NCBI GenBank assembly: GCA_964457025.1
Contig: CAYWDK010000001.1
Location: 30,273 to 94,272 of the forward strand
DNA from: an uncultured Balneolaceae bacterium
Lineage (GTDB): Bacteria > Bacteroidota > Rhodothermia > Balneolales > Balneolaceae
Length of the DNA: 64,000 nt
Direction: 5' to 3'
The stretch's first letter is position 1; each line of letters opens with the position of its first letter. Positions 28,404 through 39,100 of this stretch are shown here, one piece after another. The notes below the pieces were generated by a model. It did no database searches and had not been told where the DNA came from. It saw only the letters and a program-made list of their open reading frames with translations. The position numbers and the translations under genes were made by a program.

Positions 28404-30530
28404 TTAAGGGAGTGCAACAAGCTTCCTGACTATCCATTCTGCTGCCAAAAGCAGTACTACAAGAATAAACCAAAAGGAATGTTGATACGGATAGAAGAGG
28501 TTGGTAGCAACCTCTTCTTCCTGCTTCAGCATTCCTTTTTCATTTAGCACTTCCCAAAAATCGTCAAGGCTATTATAGAGGAAAAATGTGCCGCCTGTCC
28601 TGTCAGCAATCTGTTGCATAAGACGGTCATTTCTAACGGTATTGACAAATTCAATATTCGTGCCGCTGACTGAAAACTCTCCGTTCTGCCTGTCGATTTC
28701 ACGGCTCCCTTTCCTGGCCACTGCCTCAAACGAATAGACTCCCTCAGGAAGGGATCCCAGTTCCAGGCGATACTGTCCGTTCCCTTCGTTATTCATTGAA
28801 TAAAAGCGATTTTCCATATCACTGCCTGAGATGGTGACCTCTATAACGGCCTCGGTCTCTTTTTCTCCCCGCTCATTGGTTAAGAACGCATTCAATACCA
28901 CACTCTCACCTCCGGTGAACACCTTCTGAGCAGGTTCTACCCGCAGCCGCCTGTTGTCGGGCCTGGTAGCCGTCCAGCTCACGATATTATAAAAAAGCTG
29001 CTCGGTAAAATCGCGAATCTGTGTATTACTGCTCTGCCCCAAACGGTACCAGCCGTATCCTGTAATCATGCTCTTGCGAAGGTTCCCGGTTTCTTCAACT
29101 GCAATAAGGGGTCTGCCCGTATTTCTACCCTGGAAGCTGTTTTCAAAAAGCATGTTGGCACCAGCTGTTACCTCTGTACCTCGGATAGGAGCATTCAATG
29201 CAGGCAGCCGGTTGTACGCTACCCCCGGAAGTTCCATGACCGGATGTGAAGTAGGTTCCACGCTTGGCTGAGGTACAACTTCGTCGTACTGGGGAGTCGG
29301 TGGAAACCGTACGGGAAGGGAGAAACCTTCCGTGAGATCAAGCTCCCTGAAGTAGGAGAGAGGAGTGGCTATGACAATCGACGGCACTTCTCTTAAAAGA
29401 TTCACTACAGTGCCCTTGAGGCTGGAGCCCAGACCCCCTGAGGGGTAGCCATGTAAAACAATAAGGTCGAGGCTGTCCGGACCGATATTCAGCTGGCCCT
29501 CTAAAAAACGGCTATTACCCAGCCAGGTCCGTTTGATGAGGCGAGTGTTCTCATCGGCCAGTAAAAGGGAGCGCAGATAGCGTACATCGGGATAAACCTC
29601 AAAAGCCAGGGAGAGGATACGCTGTTTCTCATCCAGCACATCGACCGCAAAAGGCTGCGAATTGTTTTCCGTAGTCCATTCTTCGCTAAGTGCGGGTATA
29701 ATCACACGGTATTGCTGAAGACCCTCCTGCTCGGGTTGCAGTTCGAAGTCAAGCGTGTAGGTAGAAGCACCGGAGCCTGCATCCAGTGTACGTGAGTCTA
29801 CCATTTCGGAACCTCTCATAAGCCGCACCGAAAAAGTGCCCTCATTTATTCCGTTATTAATAACAGTAACCTCAACGGGATGCCGGGTGCCTACATATCC
29901 GGTTGAATTGGTTACAACACTTTTAACCAGCAGGTCTTTCTGAAGGCTGGTATCACCAACGGCAATTGTGAAAACTGGGATTTCGAGTGTAGCAGATTCA
30001 AATACGGGATTCCTTCCCTGATTGAAAATCCCGTCGGATATAAGTACCGCAGCAGCAATATCCTGTTCCGAATTCTTTATAACCTCTACGGCATTATAGA
30101 GATTGGTCTCGTTGCCGGCAAAGCTGAGGGAATCGGGCGAGGTGCTTTTCACATCACGGTCGAAGGATGAGAACCGGAAACTCACACGCGAAGAGTCATT
30201 CAGATTAAGGCGATCCAAAACGCTTCGGTATGCTTCCTCACCGCTATAATCACCCTTCTTAACTGCGGTGCTGGAAGAGTTGTCCATCATCACAAGCAGT
30301 TCGGGTTTTTCAAAATAGGTCTGCTCCGACCTAAAAAAAGGATTAAGCATCAGGACAAAAAGTAAGACGAATACCGTGCCTCTGAGTGCCATCAGGGAGT
30401 ACCGGTACAGGGGAGAGATGGACTGGATATCGCGATATGACCACCATGCCAGACCGAGGGCAGCCGGTATGAGGCAAAAATACAGCCAAACTGGCAAAGC
30501 CGGTTGGAAGCCTTGAAATACAAAGTCCAC
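28404..30530 (-). CDS. BatA-like membrane protein: N-terminal double-TM domain, vWA domain and C-terminal TM anchor
   Basis: 708 aa. The N-terminus ALPVWLYFCLIPAALGLAWWSYR plus a second TM helix matches the aerotolerance-type double-TM domain. vWA MIDAS elements are VMMDNSSST (DxSxS), GNETNLY and LISDG. The C-terminal helix is FWFILVVLLLAAEWIV. It starts 10 nt downstream of moxR. Confidence 0.75.
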   Translation of the reverse strand: MDFVFQGFQPALPVWLYFCLIPAALGLAWWSYRDIQSISPLYRYSLMALRGTVFVLLFVLMLNPFFRSEQTYFEKPELLVMMDNSSSTAVKKGDYSGEEAYRSVLDRLNLNDSSRVSFRFSSFDRDVKSTSPDSLSFAGNETNLYNAVEVIKNSEQDIAAAVLISDGIFNQGRNPVFESATLEIPVFTIAVGDTSLQKDLLVKSVVTNSTGYVGTRHPVEVTVINNGINEGTFSVRLMRGSEMVDSRTLDAGSGASTYTLDFELQPEQEGLQQYRVIIPALSEEWTTENNSQPFAVDVLDEKQRILSLAFEVYPDVRYLRSLLLADENTRLIKRTWLGNSRFLEGQLNIGPDSLDLIVLHGYPSGGLGSSLKGTVVNLLREVPSIVIATPLSYFRELDLTEGFSLPVRFPPTPQYDEVVPQPSVEPTSHPVMELPGVAYNRLPALNAPIRGTEVTAGANMLFENSFQGRNTGRPLIAVEETGNLRKSMITGYGWYRLGQSSNTQIRDFTEQLFYNIVSWTATRPDNRRLRVEPAQKVFTGGESVVLNAFLTNERGEKETEAVIEVTISGSDMENRFYSMNNEGNGQYRLELGSLPEGVYSFEAVARKGSREIDRQNGEFSVSGTNIEFVNTVRNDRLMQQIADRTGGTFFLYNSLDDFWEVLNEKGMLKQEEEVATNLFYPYQHSFWFILVVLLLAAEWIVRKLVALP

Positions 30531-30540
30531 GGTAGCGTAT

Positions 30541-31533
30541 TTAGAGGTGTTCGATAAGCATCTCGATCAGCTTATCAGGTGTTAGTCCTTCCGCTTCGGC
30601 GGCGTAGTTATTTACGATGCGATGGCGAAGTACAGGCCGAGCCAAAGCCTGAATATCTTCTTCAGTCACGTTGTAGCGGCCTCTGGTCAGGGCCCGGGCC
30701 TTACCGCCCAGAATCAGGAACTGGGAAGCGCGGGGACCTGCTCCCCAGCTCATATACTTGTTAATAAAGTCGGGTGCTATGTCCGAATCGGGCCTAGTCA
30801 TAGCTACCAGTCGAACGGCATAGTTGAGTACGCTCTCCGGTACGGGGACCTCTCTTACCAGATTCTGAAGCTCCAATATCTGGGAAGCGTCAAGTACGGC
30901 ATCGACGGTAGCTTCTTCTGCCGAAGTGGTTTGACTGACGATATCCATCTCCTCATCAAGGCTGGGATAATCGAGCCAGAGATTGAACATGAACCGGTCA
31001 AGCTGGGCCTCGGGCAGGGGATAAGTCCCTTCCTGTTCAATAGGGTTTTGGGTAGCCAGCACAAAGAATGGGAGTTCAAGATCGTAAGTCTGTCCTGCGG
31101 CCGTAACGTGATACTCCTGCATTCCTTCCAGCAGGGCCGCCTGGGTTTTGGGCGGTGTACGGTTGATCTCGTCAGCCAGAACGATATTGGCAAAAACAGG
31201 GCCTTTTACAAACTTAAACGCCTTCCCGCCCGTCTGCCGGTCATCTTCTATAACTTCCGTCCCGGTAATATCACCGGGCATCAGGTCGGGGGTAAACTGG
31301 ATGCGGCTGAAGCTGAGATTAAGGGTTTGTGCCACCGTACGTATCAAAAGGGTCTTTGCAAGGCCCGGGACGCCGACGAGCACACAATGTCCCCTGGAAA
31401 ACAGGCAAATAAGAAGCTGGTCGATAATATCTTTTTGACCGACAACGACTTTACCTATCTCGTTTTTAATGGAATCGACCGATTCCTGGAAAAAATCTAC
31501 GGCCTTCACCGGCTCTTCGGGGATTGAACTCAT
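30541..31533 (-). CDS. moxR: MoxR-family AAA+ ATPase
   Basis: 330 aa with Walker A GVPGLAKT and Walker B VLADEINR. The flanking sequence is typical of MoxR (QFTPDLMPGDITG, ATQNPIEQEGTYPLPEAQLDRF). Confidence 0.95.
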   Translation of the reverse strand: MSSIPEEPVKAVDFFQESVDSIKNEIGKVVVGQKDIIDQLLICLFSRGHCVLVGVPGLAKTLLIRTVAQTLNLSFSRIQFTPDLMPGDITGTEVIEDDRQTGGKAFKFVKGPVFANIVLADEINRTPPKTQAALLEGMQEYHVTAAGQTYDLELPFFVLATQNPIEQEGTYPLPEAQLDRFMFNLWLDYPSLDEEMDIVSQTTSAEEATVDAVLDASQILELQNLVREVPVPESVLNYAVRLVAMTRPDSDIAPDFINKYMSWGAGPRASQFLILGGKARALTRGRYNVTEEDIQALARPVLRHRIVNNYAAEAEGLTPDKLIEMLIEHL

Positions 31534-31546
31534 CAGCTGCTGTGCT

Positions 31547-32929
31547 TTATGATTGTTTATATTTTGCAGGAACCGGGATCTTATACTCTATGTAGACATC
31601 TTTCTTGAGTTCGGTGATCCAGTCGGTAAGTATGCGGAACTGCTTTTCCTGAAGGGCAGCATTTTTGATTCGATCGTAATCCTGTTCCAGGTTGGCAACA
31701 TGCTCCTCAATGCGGTTGTCCAGGCGGACAATGCGATAAGCCCTTTTTGTATTGTTGTTGCTGCCGATATTGAACTCCTTGGGTTCAGAAATGTCGCCCA
31801 CTTCTTCAAGTAGAAGTACGATACGGTACAGGGCAGGATCGAGTTGATTAAGTGCAATGAGTCGTTCACCGGTTTGCGGGTTGAGGATGCGGCCGCCTTG
31901 CGGTGCCGTGTTGGGGTCTTCGGAGTACTTCCGTGCCAGCTCGCTAAAGGATACGTCGGGGTTGGAAAGAACGCTGTCTTTATACTGTTTGAGCTGTTCG
32001 ATAGCAGCCTGGTCGTCATAACCTTCATTATCCACACTGATGAGAATGTGATTGGTGTCGATCTGGTCACCGACTCTTTTGTTGAGGCGAATCACATGAA
32101 AGCCGAAAGATGTTTCCACAACTTCCGAAATCTCCCCGGGCTCCAAAGCCGAAGCTGCCGCCGAGTATTCCGCAACAAGATCGTTGATAGCCATCATGGG
32201 GAGCTTCCCGCCATTGGAAGCCGAAGGGCCGTCGCTGTGGCGGCGTGCCAGTTCTTCAATACTCACACCATGATTTAGGACGGAATCCCGAAGCTGCTGG
32301 GCAAACTCATAGGCCTGGTCACGTGCATTCTCAAGGGGAGGGGGTACCGCTACTATCTGTGATACCGCAACCCGTTCGGGGATAGTCGGCAGGGAGTCGC
32401 GGGGGATGCGTTGGAAATAAGACTCCACCTCGGGCCGGGTTATGGTTACGTCTTGCAGCCGCTGCTGGCGAAACTGGCTCACAATGATTTCCCGGCGATA
32501 GTCTTCCCGCAATTCCGACCTAAGCTGAACGATGCTTTTGCCTATCTGCCGTTCCAGCGCCGCTTCACTGCCGACCTGCTGAATGTACTGGTCCAAGCGG
32601 GCATTAATCTGCTGGTCGACCTGCTCGTCGCTAACGGTAATAGAATCTTCCCGCGCTTCATCGAGCATGACATAACGTTCGACCATATTCTGAAGGGTGG
32701 TATACCACAAATCTTCACTAAAAGAAATATTCTGGCTGCGCTGCTGCCTCATCTGAACCATATAATCGGTTACCTGCTGATCGACATCCGATTTCAGGAT
32801 GATGTGGTCATTGACGACGGCAACAATCTGGTCGATGGTATCACCGCCCGAAGCATTTTGTGCATTGGCGAAAAAAGGCAGGGCAAGGCAAAAAAGGAAT
32901 AGATAGAAAAAGCGGAACGTCTTATTCAT
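31547..32929 (-). CDS. surA: SurA-type periplasmic chaperone / peptidyl-prolyl isomerase (two parvulin domains)
   Basis: 460 aa from ATG 32927-32929, with the signal peptide MNKTFRFFYLFLFCLALPFFANAQ. A SurA N-domain is followed by two parvulin-like segments ending GFHVIRLNKR and AYRIVRLDNR. The supplied 528-aa ORF is an upstream read-through. Confidence 0.86.
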   Translation of the reverse strand: MNKTFRFFYLFLFCLALPFFANAQNASGGDTIDQIVAVVNDHIILKSDVDQQVTDYMVQMRQQRSQNISFSEDLWYTTLQNMVERYVMLDEAREDSITVSDEQVDQQINARLDQYIQQVGSEAALERQIGKSIVQLRSELREDYRREIIVSQFRQQRLQDVTITRPEVESYFQRIPRDSLPTIPERVAVSQIVAVPPPLENARDQAYEFAQQLRDSVLNHGVSIEELARRHSDGPSASNGGKLPMMAINDLVAEYSAAASALEPGEISEVVETSFGFHVIRLNKRVGDQIDTNHILISVDNEGYDDQAAIEQLKQYKDSVLSNPDVSFSELARKYSEDPNTAPQGGRILNPQTGERLIALNQLDPALYRIVLLLEEVGDISEPKEFNIGSNNNTKRAYRIVRLDNRIEEHVANLEQDYDRIKNAALQEKQFRILTDWITELKKDVYIEYKIPVPAKYKQS

Positions 32930-33860
32930 TCGGTGTAGTTGTTTCAAGAGTATCTGAAGGTATTTCGTTGGGATTGGAGTTCGTAGTGAGAACGTTGAAC
33001 GATTCAATTTCATTATTCGATTTCGCTTTAAGATAAAGATTCTTAAGGTAGGAACTGAAATGTCTTCTGCGCTTGTCCAGCAAGAGCCAGTCCTTGATCT
33101 GTTCGATAAGCCACTCCAGGTCGGGATGCTCACCCTGGGCTCTCGAATCCATTAACTGAACAAAATGGTAGGTATTGCCCACACGCTGGATCGGAGAGAT
33201 TTCGGTCTGCCCGATAATATTCAAATATCGGTTCATGATATTGATATCGGCCATAGCCATAGATATAGGCAGGTACTGGTTCGATGCCCTGATTTTGGCT
33301 TCAGGATTTATTGAGTACTCCCGAGCTACTTCTTCCCAGGGCCGGCCCTGCATGATGGCTCGTTTGGCCGCTCGTGCCGACTCAAGGTCAGCTGTTTCGA
33401 CATGCCGGAACTGAACATAACGTTCATTTAAAATAAACTGGTCTTTATGCGCCTGATAGTAGTTCCTGGCCTCTTCGTCGGTAACTTCAAGGTTCTCGTT
33501 ATATTCACTGAGCACATAGTCTTTGAGTGCCTGGGAGAGTACTTCCTGCTGAGCCTGGCGCAGCCTGTTACGGACATTCTCGTTTTGCCGCAGCCTCAGA
33601 CGCTCAGCTTCCTGCAGTACGACCTGGTTCTGTATCCACTCTTCCCGGTATGCCAGCAGGGCCTGGGTGCTATCCTGCCGATAGACGAACTCCGGGATTT
33701 CGGCACGCGCTTCTTCAACCGTCAGATAGGTATTGCCGACCCGGGCAAGGCGCGTAGGTTCCGTATTATTACCGGAATTATTACACGCGGCAAGGATAAG
33801 CAGGCAAAGTGATAACGCTAAAACCAGTCTAAGAGAATATAAATGATTTAATCTGTGCAT
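32922..33860 (-). CDS. Lipoprotein with SurA-N-like region and a divergent parvulin (PPIC-type) domain
   Basis: 312 aa from ATG 33858-33860 (MHRLNHLYSLRLVLALSLCLLILAACNN, with a lipobox). The parvulin-like region runs VQFRHVE...GRPWEEVAREYS...NTYHFVQLMD. Its stop overlaps the surA start by 8 nt. Confidence 0.72.
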   Translation of the reverse strand: MHRLNHLYSLRLVLALSLCLLILAACNNSGNNTEPTRLARVGNTYLTVEEARAEIPEFVYRQDSTQALLAYREEWIQNQVVLQEAERLRLRQNENVRNRLRQAQQEVLSQALKDYVLSEYNENLEVTDEEARNYYQAHKDQFILNERYVQFRHVETADLESARAAKRAIMQGRPWEEVAREYSINPEAKIRASNQYLPISMAMADINIMNRYLNIIGQTEISPIQRVGNTYHFVQLMDSRAQGEHPDLEWLIEQIKDWLLLDKRRRHFSSYLKNLYLKAKSNNEIESFNVLTTNSNPNEIPSDTLETTTPNE

Positions 33861-33862
33861 AA

Positions 33863-35197
33863 TCAGTATAACATTCCTGCGATGGTAGCTGTCATTAAGT
33901 TGGCCATGGTACCTGCCAGAACCGCTTTCAAGCCCAGTTTGGCCAGGTCCGATTTGCGGCTGGGAGCAAGTCCTCCGATTCCCCCGATCTGGATGGCAAT
34001 GGAGGAGAAGTTGGCAAAGCCGCAAAGGGCAAAGGTGGCCATCGTAACGGTTTTGGGTGACAACACATTGTTGCTCACCATATCGGATAACTGTAGATAA
34101 GCCACAAACTCATTTAGCACCACTTTGGTTCCTATCAGGGATCCCATATTGGTGATATCGGCCCAAGGTACCCCCACAATATAGGCAATAGGAGCCAGAA
34201 TCCAGCCCAGTATGGTTTCAATCCGCAAGTCACCTCCCGGTATCAGTTCGTTGAGACCCGTCAATCCACCAAACCATTGAAAAAAGTAGTTACCCATTGC
34301 CAGCAGCGCAATAAAAGCAAGCAGCATGGCGCCGACATTGGCAGCCAGTTTCAAGCCGGTACCGGCACCGCTGGCCGCCGCGTCGATTCCGTTCGCATCG
34401 GTTTTTTCGATCGCGATTTTGACATCCCCCTTAGTGGCCGGTTCGTCTACTTCCGGAAAAAGCATTTTAGCAATTACCAGTGCCGCAGGCGCCGCCATCA
34501 GGCTGGCTCCCAATAACTGCTCGGCGAAAAGCTGCTGTCCGATTTCAAGAGCTACGTTATTTGCCTGCGCATAGGAATTGCCCAACATCTGAACATAGGC
34601 CGCCATCACCCCGCCGGCAATAGTCGCCATGCCGCCGGTCATCACAGCCATGAGTTCCGAGCGGGTCATCTTCTCAATGTAGGGCTCGACGACCAGGGGA
34701 GCCTCGGTCTGGCCCACAAAAATATTGGAAATAACGGAAAGCGACTCGGCACCCGAAGTTCCCATCAGCTTCTGCATGCCCCTGGCCATATACTTTACAA
34801 CCCACTGCAGAATACCGTAGTGGTAGAGTATTGAAGTCAATGAGGCAAAAAAGATAATGGTGGGCAGCACCTGAAAAGCGAAAAAATTACCCATGCTGTT
34901 TTCCATACCCGGGCTGTAGGCCAGGTCGCCGAAAATAAACTCCGCTCCCTCGGTCGTAAAGTTCAATACCAGTACAAAAAATCCCGATACCCAGCTGAAG
35001 AATGCCTTCGGCCATCCCAGAGGACTCCAGAATTGGGCCATATCAGGTCCCTTTAAAATAAAGACCGCCAGCACGAACTGAATTCCCAGACCGGTAGCCA
35101 CCATTCGCCAGCTGATCTTCTTCTTGTTCTTGCTGAACAGCCAGGCAATGCCCACTATAGCCGCCATCCCGATGATGCCACGAATAATATCTATCAT
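33863..35197 (-). CDS. nupC: NupC/CNT-family nucleoside:cation symporter
   Basis: 444 aa and polytopic, with conserved CNT blocks (FVGQTEAPLVV, MTGGMATIAGGVMAAY, CGFANFSSIAIQIGG). An ATGA start/stop overlap joins it to tdk. Confidence 0.93.
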   Translation of the reverse strand: MIDIIRGIIGMAAIVGIAWLFSKNKKKISWRMVATGLGIQFVLAVFILKGPDMAQFWSPLGWPKAFFSWVSGFFVLVLNFTTEGAEFIFGDLAYSPGMENSMGNFFAFQVLPTIIFFASLTSILYHYGILQWVVKYMARGMQKLMGTSGAESLSVISNIFVGQTEAPLVVEPYIEKMTRSELMAVMTGGMATIAGGVMAAYVQMLGNSYAQANNVALEIGQQLFAEQLLGASLMAAPAALVIAKMLFPEVDEPATKGDVKIAIEKTDANGIDAAASGAGTGLKLAANVGAMLLAFIALLAMGNYFFQWFGGLTGLNELIPGGDLRIETILGWILAPIAYIVGVPWADITNMGSLIGTKVVLNEFVAYLQLSDMVSNNVLSPKTVTMATFALCGFANFSSIAIQIGGIGGLAPSRKSDLAKLGLKAVLAGTMANLMTATIAGMLY

Positions 35198-35841
35198 AAA
35201 TTCTCTTCTTTTTCTTGTTCTGCTTCTATTTCAGCTTTTTTAAAGGGGGTTATAGGCTTGCCACGGCGCTTGTCAACCGGCGGACGAAAACACTGGCGGG
35301 AGCGAGGCTCATAGGCTTCGTTCTCTCCGACCAGTACCCGGTCTTTGCTTTCGACTACACGCTGCGAATAGTGGGCCATCGTCCCGCTCTCGGCACAGAT
35401 GGCGTGAAGCTTCGTCACATATTCCGCAATAGCAAGCAACTGGGGCATGGGCTCAAAGGGGCGTCCCTCAAAATCCATATCGAGGCCGGCACAGATCACT
35501 CGTTTTCCATCGTTGGCAAGGGTATTGGCCACATCGATGACACGCTGATCAAAGAACTGCGCCTCATCGATACATACAACCTGTGCATCGGAGGTAAGCA
35601 GCACAATCTGGTCGGCTGTATCCACAACGATGCTGGGCAGGGCATTCTCATTGTGCGAGACAATCTCTTCCTCACTGTATCGGTTGTCGATGGCAGGCTT
35701 CACGATAATGATTTTCTGGCCTGCTATGTGCGCTCTTTTGGCCCTCCTGATCAGCTCTTCGGTCTTGCCGCTAAACATGCCTCCACAGATCACTTCGATC
35801 CAGCCGGCTTGCTGAGGCGTAAAAGAGGGTTCGTTGAACAT
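35194..35841 (-). CDS. tdk: Thymidine kinase
   Basis: 215 aa from ATG 35839-35841 with the P-loop GGMFSGKTEELIRR. VVCIDEAQFF and RVICAGLDMDF are typical of TK1-type kinases. A K/E-rich C-terminal tail of about 25 aa is present. Confidence 0.92.
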   Translation of the reverse strand: MFNEPSFTPQQAGWIEVICGGMFSGKTEELIRRAKRAHIAGQKIIIVKPAIDNRYSEEEIVSHNENALPSIVVDTADQIVLLTSDAQVVCIDEAQFFDQRVIDVANTLANDGKRVICAGLDMDFEGRPFEPMPQLLAIAEYVTKLHAICAESGTMAHYSQRVVESKDRVLVGENEAYEPRSRQCFRPPVDKRRGKPITPFKKAEIEAEQEKEENL

Positions 35842-36102
35842 AGCGCTTCGGTGCGAGAAAATTATTATGGTTTTCAAAACAGTGAATATATCTGTGTGAA
35901 GCTTAAAATGAAAAGGAGAAATGTGCCAATAACATGATTTATGATGCCAATCGGCTTATCCCATGAATCGATCGCTCCGATGATTTTCTGTAGCTTCGTA
36001 ATGAAGTCTCAACTTTTTCGTCACAAATAAGTACACCCAAAGTGCATTTTTGCAATACATTGCTATTTTGCATTTACCAATCAACAATTAAACGGGATAC
36101 GT

Positions 36103-39100
36103 ATGCAAACCTTAAAGACGGTTTTGGTACTGGGAATAGTTTTTCTGCTCTCTGCGCCCGAAGCCTTTACGACTACATATTCTTTTAACAGAAATACCAA
36201 TCTGAACTTTGCTGATTTCTCTTTCCAGGCCGATACGACCGACAGTACGGCAGCCGATTCTACCAAAGCCGAGGAGAAAACGAACAAGGATCTGCCGCTG
36301 GATCCGGAACGAACCGTTTCGTTTACTACCGAGACAGGAACATGGATGTCGGTTGATGTCAGCCCCGATGGCAACACCATTGCCTTCGACCTGATGGGCG
36401 ATATCTATACCATACCTGTTGAAGGCGGTAAGGCGACAAGAATTACCGAAGGCTTGGCCTTCGACACCCATCCGAGGTACAGCCCCGACGGAAGATATCT
36501 GCTGTTTACTTCCGACCGCGACGGCGCCGACAACATCTGGTACCTGGATCTGCAGGAAGAAGACGAGGAAGAAAAATTCCACCAGGTCACCGACGGGAAC
36601 AACAGGGTACCTTCGGCCGACTGGTCTCCCGACGGAGATTATATCGTAGTAGGCAAGGGCGGACTGACTAACAAGCTCTGGATGTACCACAAAGACGGCG
36701 GCAGGGGAGTGCAGCTTATCGACCAGCCGGGAGGCTTGAAAACCATTGAACCGGCCTTCAGCCATGACGGGCGTTTTATCTATTACTCGCAACGTTTCGG
36801 TGCCTGGAACTATAACGCTCAGCTGCCCCAGTATCAGATCGGTGTCTATGACCGGGAGAACGGAGAACGCAGCACCATCACCTCACGTTACGGCTCTGCC
36901 TTTACGCCTACACTCTCCGGCGATGGAAAGTATATTGTCTATGGAACCCGCTTTGAGGAGAAGACAGGCCTGGTAATCAGGACTCTTGCTACCGGCGAAG
37001 AGCGCTGGCTGGCGTATCCCGTACAGCGCGACGACCAGGAATCGATTGCGACGATGGGGGTTTATCCCGGTATGTCGTTTACTCCGGATAACAGTCGCCT
37101 GATTGCATTTTATGGAGGAAAACTCTGGAGCATTCCTCTAACGGGAGGACAGGCTACCGAGATTCCTTTTGAAGTCGACATCGAACAGGAGATGGGAGCG
37201 CAACTCGATTTCCAGTATCCCATTTCGGACAACAAGGAAGCAATTGCAACCCAGATTCGCGACGCGGTGCCGTCACCCGATGGAACCAAGTTGGCCTTTA
37301 CCGTTTTGAACCGTCTCTATGTGATGGATTATCCGGATGGGACACCCAGACGGCTGACTAATACGGAAGTTACTGAAGCCAATCCAGCATGGTCGCCCGA
37401 CAGTCGCTGGCTTGCCTATGCCAGCTGGGAGGGTGATGGAGGCCATCTCTATAAGATTAATACCGAAAGCCGCCGCCCGCGTCCGGAGCGCCTCACTTCG
37501 CAGCCGGCTATCTATGGCAGCCCGGCCTGGTCATATAATAGCGACCGGATTGTGTACCTGAAGGGGTCGGCACAGAGCTTTAAGGACAGTATAGGACCTT
37601 TCGCCTTCTTCGGTGCTATCGACGATATTGCCTGGATCTCTACGGATGGCGGACAGGAACATTTCATTGCCAAAGCCAACGGACGCAGCAACCCTCACTT
37701 TGTGAAAGCCAACGACCGTATCTACATGAACCGGGGCAATGACTTGATTTCATTGCGCTGGGACGGAACCGATGAGAAACGCCATGTAGAAGTTACAGGC
37801 ATCCGTACTTACGGATTCAGTGGCTACGGCATGGAATCTGCAGAAGATGCACACGGAATGAGCATCCTTCATCCATACAAAGAACCGAAAGAACCGAATC
37901 CGCCCAGCTCTGCCTCGATTGTGACTATGGCACCGGAAGGTGACCAGGCGCTGGCACAGATTAACAATGAGATCTATGTGCTTACCGTACCCCAGATCGG
38001 CGAAGCACCGACAATTTCCGTAGCCAATCCCTCGGCCGCCATGTTTCCGGCCAAAAAACTTACCACTATCGGGGGACAATTCCCTGTCTGGGGCGGTGAT
38101 GGGCGCAAAGTCCACTGGTCGATCGGAAATGCCCATCTGGTATATGACCTCGATGATGCCAAAGCTTTCGAAGACAGTGTAAAAGCTGCCAAAAAGGAAG
38201 AAGCGAAGAAGAAAGAGGAAGCAAAAGATAAAGAGGAAGAATTAGAAGGAGGGGAGGAAGCCGATGCCGATTCTACGTCAGCAACGGCTGAAAAGGAAGA
38301 GCTCGAGGAAGAAGATGAAAAGCCCGATACCTACCAGCCTGACGAACAACGCATTGAAATAACCTACAGCCGCGATATCCCTGAAGGCGTCGCCCTGCTG
38401 CAAGGCGCCCGCATTATCACTATGGATGGAGACGAGGTTATCGAGAACGGGGATATTCTCATCGAAAATAACCGTATCAAAGCCGTAGGCGCTGGCGGTT
38501 CGCTGGACGTGCCATCCAACGCGGAGGTAATAAACATGTCGGGCAAAACCATTATACCGGGTTTTGTCGACACTCACGCCCACATGTGGCCCACCTGGGG
38601 TATCCATAAGAGCCAGGTCTGGAACTACTCTGCCAACCTGGCCTACGGTGTTACCACTACCCGCGATCCCCAGACAGCAACTACCGATGTACTTACCTAT
38701 AGCGATATGGTTGAAGCCGGAAGTATGCTGGGACCGCGCGTCTATTCCACCGGACCGGGTCTCGGCTTCTGGGCTTATAACATTAAGAGCCTGGACCATG
38801 CCAAAGACGTCATGAAACAGTACAGCGAGTACTACAAGACCAAGTACATCAAGATGTACCTGGCCGGTAACCGCAAGCAGCGGCAATGGATTATCATGGC
38901 GGCTAAAGATCAGGAGATCCTACCTACGACAGAAGGCGCTCTGGACTGGAAACTGAATATGACTCAAATGCTCGACGGCTATCCGGGACACGAACATTCC
39001 TTCCCGATCCACCCGATTTACCGGGACGTAGTACAAATGACAGCTGAATCGCAGATGGCGGTAACACCGACACTGCTGGTCGCTTATGGAGGTCCGTGGG

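Noticed and set aside
33278-33288. GGTTCGATGCC, resembling a tRNA T-arm
   Set aside because: It lies inside the parvulin-lipoprotein coding region, with no acceptor or anticodon stem context.
32930-34025. Upstream extensions of the surA ORF (to 33133), the parvulin-lipoprotein ORF (to 34025), the methyltransferase ORF (to 15305), tdk (to 35877), apt (to 58960) and der (from 43420)
   Set aside because: Each extension overlaps the neighbouring gene or has no signal or homology logic. In each case an internal Met gives a canonical N-terminus: a signal peptide or lipobox, a P-loop, or a family-typical start.
38191-38262. Polypurine tract, considered as a non-coding repeat or triplex-forming element
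   Set aside because: It is in frame within paralogue 1 and encodes the K/E-rich linker, so codon composition explains it. It is reported only as a low-interest observation.
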